Below are positions 55,616 through 64,000 of a stretch of 64,000 nt of DNA, one piece after another (positions within the stretch are counted from its first letter, which is position 1; every line of letters begins with the position of its first letter). The stretch is from Octopus vulgaris (lineage: Eukaryota), in NCBI GenBank assembly GCA_951406725.2, contig OX597819.1, forward strand, positions 121,892,001 to 121,956,000, read 5' to 3'. The position numbers and the translations under genes are program-made. Under the pieces are notes generated by a model. That model was not told where the DNA came from, ran no database searches, and worked only from the letters and a program-made list of their open reading frames with translations.

Positions 55616-56537
55616 TAAAACTATCTGATTCACTTAAAATTCTTACAAAACCAAATTATTATGAATTGAAGACAATAATACTTCACAGTATCTGGCCTCG
55701 CTTCCCTATAATATATCATTGGCGTCCCCAAAGACCATCCCCTCCTCACCGTTGTGGGGACGCTGGCAGCGGGTAGTGTCAGAGCTATGCCGTCGGGAAT
55801 TTCGGTTCCTGGTAGGGCCACCCAAGGCGGATTGGTCTGACACTGAGTGGTATTAGGGCCACAACCCGGCAGACGGGGCTCTGGTGAAAATCCTCGGAGT
55901 GTCTGTTTCGGCAACCGGCGGCTCCTCGGTCGTTCTGTCCCTGCGTCTGCGGACAATCTGCGGCAAACAGGATGTCTCTACATGCGGGATTGTTGGGGAC
56001 CGCTTGTGAAATCCACATATTCCCACGAAACCTCTTCCATGAATTCTCAACGGCGAATACAATGCCTCGAAGGTGGTAGGAGAAGCCGACTCAACCCGCC
56101 CAGGGTGAATGTCTCCACAAGTACAAGTAGTAATATATCTGTTTCTTTACTACCCACAAGGAGCTACACACAGAGGGGAGAAACAAGGACAGACAAACGG
56201 ATTAACTCGATTACATTGACCGCAGTGCGTAACTGGTACTTTTATTTATCGACCCCGAAAGGATGAAAGGCAAAGTCGACTTCGGCGGAATTTGAACTCA
56301 GAACGTAACGGCAGACGAAATACGGCTACGCATTTCGCCCGGCGTGCTAACGGTTCTGCCAGCTCGCTGCCTTAAAATAAGTAGTAATATATCATTAACA
56401 TTATAAATAACATCCAGAGCAAATAAAAAAAAAAAAGAAAAGAGGACGGCTTGCTGTTGTCTGAGAATATCGGGTGAGACTTGGAACAGTTTGTACAAAG
56501 TAACGAACGAAAAATTAATGATAGTAAAACAACTTAC

Positions 56538-56814
56538 TGAATTTTCCTCCATAAATGACTTGGTTACAGTCATCATATTGGCTGTTCCGCCACACACAGA
56601 GTTGTTGTGACTGCGAAAATACCGTACCATTACCACAGGCCAGAGGCATGGGAAACATTTCGTTACATAAGTAGAATTCACTGCAGTTTCTTGGTGATCG
56701 GACAAAATGCGATCCGGCTCTGATTTCTGTCTGTTTACACAGAGTCATTATATCTTGACAATAAACTGCTGACACTGCAATCAAGAGAATGGCGGCCGCA
56801 ACACGAAACTCCAT
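56538..56814 (-). CDS. Gene C exon 1: signal peptide + CBM14 domain 1; CDS join(56814..56538,50743..50564,47412..47411), 152 aa
   Basis: ATG 56814, MEFRVAAAILLIAVSAVYC, six Cys in the mature part; GTAAGT donor at 56537; 277 nt, phase 1. Confidence 0.92.
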
Positions 56815-56879
56815 TGTTGTAATTTTATCAATTATAAAATCGAACGAGAGTTAAGACGAATAGGCTTGCAAAAACGCTA

Positions 56880-57090
56880 TCACAACAGACTAGTAACCTC
56901 TGTAAATGTGATGCAGATCCCTTAGAGCGATCTTCTTATATAAGCCTTTAATAGGGTTAGGGTGAGGTTTAGGATTAGGGTTAGGGCAATACAACATTTT
57001 ACTTTCTGACTGGTCCTATATTTGGTCTCTATTCTTTAAGCTAACGGGCCTCCGCCCAAGAACCTTGCCAGACAACTTATTTTATCCCTT
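56880..57090 (-). promoter_or_regulatory. Gene C proximal promoter, TATATAAG at 56942-56935, telomere-like TTAGGG tract just upstream
   Basis: Same motif order and spacing as A and B. Confidence 0.65.
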
Positions 57091-57374
57091 GTTATTGTTG
57101 TTTTACTATTTCTTCATTTTAAAATCAGTCATTATTTGTTATTATGACGATGGTTAGAATGAGAGGAAGATCGCTCTGGGTTTTGCTATTCATCAGTCTC
57201 TATTCATTCACACAATTGTTTCTTTTCTTTTTCCGTTTTCAAATTCACATTTTGTTTGATGTCAATATGATACAGAAAAAAAAAATGCAATCCTTACATA
57301 GGCCAGTGTCCATGCGTATATTTGCGTCTGCGTACGAATAGATATGTATGCATACGTCTATATATACATACATA

Positions 57375-57463
<89 letters not shown>

Positions 57464-57588
57464 CTGTAAAATAATGTGTGACAATTATTCAATAGCCAAT
57501 TGTCACATATTATTTTACAGATAAATTTCTTCTATTTGCATAATATTGAGGTCTCTTTCTTTCTTTTGTTATCATACCGCTTTTACCA

Positions 57589-57623
<35 letters not shown>

Positions 57624-57641
57624 CGTGTGTGTGTCTGTGTG

Positions 57642-57695
<54 letters not shown>

Positions 57696-58195
57696 TGTGT
57701 GAGTGCATGCGTGGGCGTGATCATGTGCATGCATGTGTGTGTATGTGTGTGCGTGTGAATGCAAAGAAATTTACCCATATAATACGTTTGAGGTTGTATT
57801 ATGTGCACCGAGAAAACCCATACATAAAATTGAGAATTTCTGCTTAAAATGCTTCCACACACGCTTACGGAGTGAGTTAGATAATGGAGGACAATTCTGA
57901 AAAATTGTTGACACATGCAACGCGCAAAAATACACGCAAATAAACTCTAAAATAAAAAAAAAAGCTAGAAAAGATTATCATATATTATCATAGATTATCA
58001 TATATTATCATAGATTATCATATATTATCATAGGCGCAGGAGTGGCTGTGTGGTAAGTAGCTTGCTAACCAACCACATGGTTCTGGGTTCAATCCCACTG
58101 TGTGGCATCTTGGGCAAGTGTCTTCTGCTATAGCCCCGGGCCGACCAATGCCTTGTGAGTGGATTTGGTAGACGGAAACTGAAAGAAGCCTGTCG

Positions 58196-58227
<32 letters not shown>

Positions 58228-59182
58228 CGTTTGTATCTGTGTTTGTGCCCCTAGCATTGCTTGACAACCGATGCTGGTATGTGTTTACGTCCCCGTCACA
58301 TAGCGGTTCGGCAAAAGAGACCGATATAATAAGTACTGGGCTTACAAAAAATAAGTCTCGGGGTCGATTTGCTCGACTAAAGGCGGTGCTCCAGCATGGC
58401 CGCAGTCAAATGACTGAAACAAGTAAAAGAGTAAAAAAGAGTAAAGAGTATATGAAACGAAAACAAACAAAAGAGAAGATTGCAGATGAATCTAAGAAAA
58501 GCGTCAAATTTGTTTACGCGAACAGAGTGTCTTTGTGGTTGCTTATCACGTTTGTTTATTGTCATGTTCAGTAGTATTCCTGACTTTTCGAACTGGGCAG
58601 AGCAAATACGAGACGGATGGATGGTTGAATGGTTGGAGAAATGAAAGAAATTAAAGGAAAAGCCTGTCGTATATATGTATATACATATGTGTGTATGTGT
58701 GTGTGTGTTTGTCCCCCTAGCATTGCTTGACAACCGATGCTGGTGTGTTTATGTCCCCGTCACTTAGCGGTTCGGCAAAAGAGACCGATAGAATAAGTAC
58801 TGGGCTTACTAAGAATAAGTCCCGGGGTCGATTTGCTCGACTAAAGGCGGTGCTCCAGCATGGCCGCAGTCAAATGACTGAAACAAGTAAAAGAATAAAG
58901 GAGAGATACGGGGAATGAAATGTATTTCTTTGTTATTTTTTTTGGTCTGTTCCTTGTTTCAGTCACTGGACTGCGGCCATGCTGGGGCACCACCTTGAAG
59001 GGGTTTAATCCAACAAATTGACACTAGTGCTTATTTTGTTCTTAAAGTTTGATTCTTATTCCAATGCTCTCAGGTGCCCAAACGCTACGTTGCACGGACG
59101 TAAACAAACCAGTACCATTTGTTATGCTATTGTGAGGAACAAAAACACACATACACACATATACACGCATACAGTCACACAC

Positions 59183-59229
<47 letters not shown>

Positions 59230-59640
59230 AAGTTAATCCAAACAAGAAAGCACAAAAAACACAACAACGCAAGGACGTGGAACAAATATAGTATTATTGG
59301 ACGCTCAGGAAAGAAGGAAAGAAGGAGGGTTTAAAGTTTCGAGCAGAGCTCTTCGTCGAAACATAGGAGAAAGAAAGATCCAGAGAAGGGAAGACAGAGG
59401 AAAAACAATCGCCAACGGTACACACGAGGTCACATTTTGAAATATATATTATATATATTTACACACACACACATATATACATCACACACACATACATACA
59501 TACATACATACATACATACATACATACATACATACATACATACATACATACATACATACGTACATACATACATACATACATACATACATACATACATACA
59601 TACATACATACATACATACATACATACATACATACATTAT

Positions 59641-61282
59641 TATTATGGCTGCCCCCTCGTGATCGAGAATGGCCATTGCACGAAGCTTAACTGTTACTGG
59701 TGCTGTGATCGAAAGTGACTTTTTAGCCCAGCTAAAGATCTACAATGTCTTGTACAAAATTGGCAACTGAGACCTTTACTGGTAATAGCCGGCTGTAGTA
59801 ACTGGGCTTCATGTACCTTTGCATGTCGTTTAAGTCCTCCTGCCGAATTACACTCTCTTCCACATGTCCGACAGATATGATTAGTATGGTGTGTTACACC
59901 ACCACCAGTGGCCAGGTTGTCACACATCTGTCTCGTTTTATGACTACGAAGATGACTCATGAGTCCAGCTTTACTGAGGCAGGGTCTTGCACAGACATTG
60001 CATGTCAGAATCAAAGGAAGACCCTTCCCTTCTGGAAGTGTAACAGCGATGCCCTTTCCTGACATCCTTCCTTACTTTCTCATGTGCAACTCGAGATTTC
60101 TCAAACGTGGCTGTCCACTCTTGCACAATCCTTCTCCACCTGCTACGATCAATAGCTGTGCCTTCCCATGTGTCAGGAGAGATGCAAGCATCTCTTAAGA
60201 AAGCCTTCAGCAAGTCCTTCTACCTCTTTTTTGGTTTATGTGGAGGTCGTTCTCCTTTAGCTAACTCTCCATAAAAGAGTTGTTTTGGCATCCTTGAATC
60301 CTTCATTCTGACCAGATGACCACTCCATCTGAGCCTTTGCTTTTACACAAGAGCTTCACACCGTGAGCCTTCGAGTATCTCAAGATCACTGATGCGGTCC
60401 TTCCACTTAATGCTATAGATCCATCTGAGGCACATCTGATGGAAAGGTTCCAGTTGTTTAAGGTGGTATCGATATGTGACCCACGTCTCGCAGGCATAGA
60501 GAAGAGATAGGGAGCACACATGCCTTGTACACCTTTATCTTTGTCTTTCTGCATATGTCTCGCCGACTCCAGAGGCGCTTTTCTAGCCTTCCGAAAGCAA
60601 CACTTGCTTTCCTAATTCTATATGGAATTTCATCATCCACATTGCCATATCCATTAATAGTGCTTCCCAGGTAGACAAACTGATCGACTACATCAAGTCG
60701 TTTATCATTCACATAGATATTTGGTACACCATACTGCTCACCAGGGGCAGGTTGATGCATGACAACAGTTTTCTTGAGATTGACTGTCAATCCTAAGGCA
60801 GTGCAAGCATCAGAGAATGCATTCAACACGTGTTGCATATCAATCTCTGTGTGTACTACTAGCTCACAATCATCAGCATACAAAAGGTCTCTTATGATAG
60901 AGGTAAATATCTTTGTTTTTGCAGCAAGGCGCCTGATATTAAATATGCTGCCAGAGGTTCGATAATGGATGTAAACACCGTATCTGCAGTTTCTGAATGC
61001 AATACAGAACACCATAGCGAAATATTTGGAAAATAGGGTCGGTGCCAGAATATCCCCCTGTTTCACTCCATTTTGTATTGAAATGGACTCCGACATCTTC
61101 CCTCTAACATTCACCCTACCATTCATGTCTTCATGAAAAGACCTAACAAAAGCAAGGAACTTTTCAGGACACCCAAGTTTCTGGAGGACTTTCCACAATG
61201 CTTTTGTATTGACGGTATCAAATGCTTTTGTCAGATCGACAACCACCTGATACAAATCCAGACCCTCTTCCACACACTTTTC
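59641..61282 (-). mobile_element. RTE/BovB-like LINE, 5'-truncated, RT + three C2H2 zinc fingers
   Basis: DLTKAFD, GVKQGDILAP, LLYADD, FVYLGS motifs; frameshifted; flanked by (TACA)n on both sides. Confidence 0.9.
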
Positions 61283-61375
61283 CTATACATACATTCATAC
61301 ATACATACATACATACATACATACATACATACATACATACATACATACATACATACATACATACATACGTACATA

Positions 61376-62657
61376 TTGGGTTGTCCGGAAAGTTTGTGTC
61401 GATTTTTAAAGGAAAGTAAAAGGTCAATAGATACTTGCCATTACATTTTTAATGAACCAAATATGAACCATTTTGCTGTGCAATGTGTCTCCATCTTTCC
61501 TATAACGTGAAAATACTCTCTTCCCAGAATTGAGGAGGTTTCATGGCAAATAATTCATCAAGGTATCTTTTTACGTCATCCAAGTAATTGAAAGTTTTAC
61601 CATTAAGACTATTCTGCAGAGACCTGAATAAGTGGAAATCCGAAGGAGCAACATCTGGTGAATATGGAGCGTGGGGTAACACATCCCAGCCAAGCGACAG
61701 CAATTTTTGTCTGATTCCCGAAGAAACGTGCTGTCTTGCATTATCATGTTGGAAGACAACACCCTTCCTGTTGGCCAATTCTGGACGTTTCTCTGGAATT
61801 GCTGCTTTTAACTCGTCCAGTTTGTGCAGTATTTCTCAGAATTAATTGTCTGGTTAATTGAGAGAAGCTCACAGTACAGAATTCCTTTCCAATATCACCA
61901 GACACAAACGAAGACTTTTTTAGAATGAAGACCCGCTTTTGGGGTGGCTAAGGGTGACTTATGTCGCTTACTCAAGGATCGCTTTCTCTGAACATTTCGG
62001 TAGATAATCCATTTCTCATTATCTGTCACAATTTGCTTTAAAAGAGGCACGTTTTCATTCCGTTTATAAAGCGATCACAGATGGAAATGCAAACCAAAAT
62101 GTTCTTCTCACTCCACTCATGTCGTATCCAAACATCGCAGCGATTTGTGTACCCAAGCATTACCAAGTGCTCATGAACGACGGATTTTGATAGGTTGAGG
62201 CTTTCTGCCAATTCTCGGGTTGTGCAATGAGAGTTATTCTCAATTAAAGACTTGATTTAGTCATCATCTGTAGTGGATGGTCTGCCTGATCGCTCTTTAT
62301 CAATAAGGCTACAATCTGCAGCTCGGAATCGTGCCAACCATTTCGGTACAGTTCTTTCGAATAAAGAAACATCACCGTAAACTGCGCATATTTCTTTGAT
62401 TTCTTGTGAGGCATTTTTCCCTTTACAGAAAAAGAAAAGCATCAAATGCCGAAGATGAACTTTCTTATCTTCCATTTTAAAGGGTTACAGAATTAACACA
62501 GATTATAGGAACATAAACCTTCTTCTCCGAAGAAATAGCTTAAACTTTGCTCTAAATGGAGGTGTAGTCAAATCCTATTTTATGGACTCAACTATGTTCT
62601 AAAATATGTCGAAAAGTAAGCTACTATAAATCAGCACGAACTTTCCGGACAACCCAA
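61376..62657 (-). mobile_element. Full-length-size mariner transposon (1282 bp), transposase disrupted
   Basis: TIRs with TA duplications at 61374-75 and 62658-59; MEDKKVHLRHLML start, FQHDNARQH, YSPDVAPSDFHLF. Confidence 0.92.
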
Positions 62658-63419
62658 TATTTCTATATTTTTATCATGAATATGTGGATATTCGTATGGA
62701 ATATTACCTCATGTGCTACATCTGAATTTTCTTGTCTGAATGTTTTAAGACAAATATCCGAAATTTTTATCGTATACCACATTTTATTAATACTTAGCTC
62801 ATATACGGAGACAAAAATGTTGTACTATATACTGCAGTTTATCTCCATCAAAATTCCCGTATTATATACATTATATATATATAATATTCACACTGGCGAA
62901 AATAAATTTAAGACCCTTAGTAAAAGTTCTATTTCTTACAAAATATTGTTACTAGTCCTTAGCCGATCTTCCTCGCTTGCACGCAAGCCGGTTTACTGCA
63001 CTTTAGATGCTTGCTGATGTTCGAAAAGGAAGCTTTTTGCTGTAATATACGACTTTTGCTCTCGTGACTGGACTAAGGCTACGTTGTTTTCCCATTATTA
63101 ATAAATTGTATAACATTAAATTATAACTTTATATGGTGCATTTAGGCTCGTTGTGTGACCACCCATTTTGGCCAAAAAATTGCATACATATTACATGGTC
63201 TTAAGCTAATTTTACCGTTAAATTTTTAAACGTTTATATTTAGCATTAGAATTCTTCAAGTTGTATAAAAATTGTCTGCATCATTCGAAAGAGAAATACA
63301 TTTTGCATAAGGTGTAAAAAATAAAAATAATTTGTATGGTGTTAGTAACAAAATATTTTGTAAGAAGTAGAACTTTTATCGTCGGTCTTAAATATATTTT
63401 CGCTAGTGTATATATCTCA

Positions 63420-64000
63420 GGTCATCCCATAAGTTCTGTCCGAATTTTGGATAAAGAATATAAGTGATCAAATATTATATTTAATTGAAAGTTAATCATC
63501 AATGTACTTTCCCTGATTATCTATGACTTATTTCCATCTATTTACAGGCTTTTTAATCCCATCAATGTAAAACTCTTTTGGTTTCAAAGCGAAGAACTCT
63601 GAAATGTCAGGTTCGACCTCCTCCTGGCTTGCGAATGTTGTGTCCCCCTAATAATTCTGTAAACTATGAAACAAATGGTATCCTGAAGGAGTAAGGTCGG
63701 GAGAATAAGTTGGACGAAGAAATTTTTCTAAACCGACCTTTTCGATCTTCTGTGATGTGATCTTTACAGTGTGGGGTTGCGCATTGTCCTGATGAAACAT
63801 CACTCGTTTTCGATTCACTAAAGCGGCTCTTTTTTCCTTCAAAGCTTGGTTCAAATGCTCGAATTGTGTAGAGTTGAGCATTGATTGTTGCATTAGGTGG
63901 TAACAATATAAAGTGAATTACGCCTTTGCAATCGCACCAGATAGAGTAGAACCTTTTTCCTATGAAGTTCCCTTTTCGGTAGTGGTTGAACATTTTCCCT
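63420..64000 (-). mobile_element. Second mariner family, 3' half (cut by window edge)
   Basis: FHQDNAQPH, YSPDLTPSGYHLFHSLQN; TIR-like end at ~63420. Confidence 0.85.

Noticed and set aside
59694-60065. Host C2H2 zinc-finger gene
   Set aside because: Contiguous with LINE RT sequence and followed by the LINE tail, so it is part of the retroelement
62660-63410. Possible terminal exon of a fourth paralog
   Set aside because: I found no CAG|AAAT acceptor with AATAAA ~100 nt downstream and no CBM14 exon here

Overview
AT-rich, microsatellite- and transposon-dense animal genomic DNA. It is most likely an octopus or other coleoid cephalopod, inferred from the tRNA-derived SINE families and the (TA)n/(TACA)n/(TAA)n load, not from any database search. 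The only host protein-coding content I can support is a minus-strand tandem cluster of three paralogous 3-exon genes (A, B, C). Each encodes a ~152-153 aa secreted protein with a signal peptide and two six-cysteine chitin-binding type-2 (CBM14/peritrophin-A) domains. All three share phase-1 introns, a 180-nt exon 2, a TATA promoter, and a stop codon split across the last intron (T|AA). There is one tRNA-Gln(TTG) gene or variant. The rest is decayed Penelope-like, R4/Dong, RTE, Tx1/L1, Tc1/mariner, Helitron-like and SINE sequence. The most unexpected layer is a set of minimal type-I hammerhead ribozyme motifs in Penelope/retrozyme-like repeats. They include copies with compensatory U3-A8 and A3-U8 core pairs, and some lie in sense orientation inside the chitin-binding gene introns. 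All structures were read by eye; none has been computed or tested.
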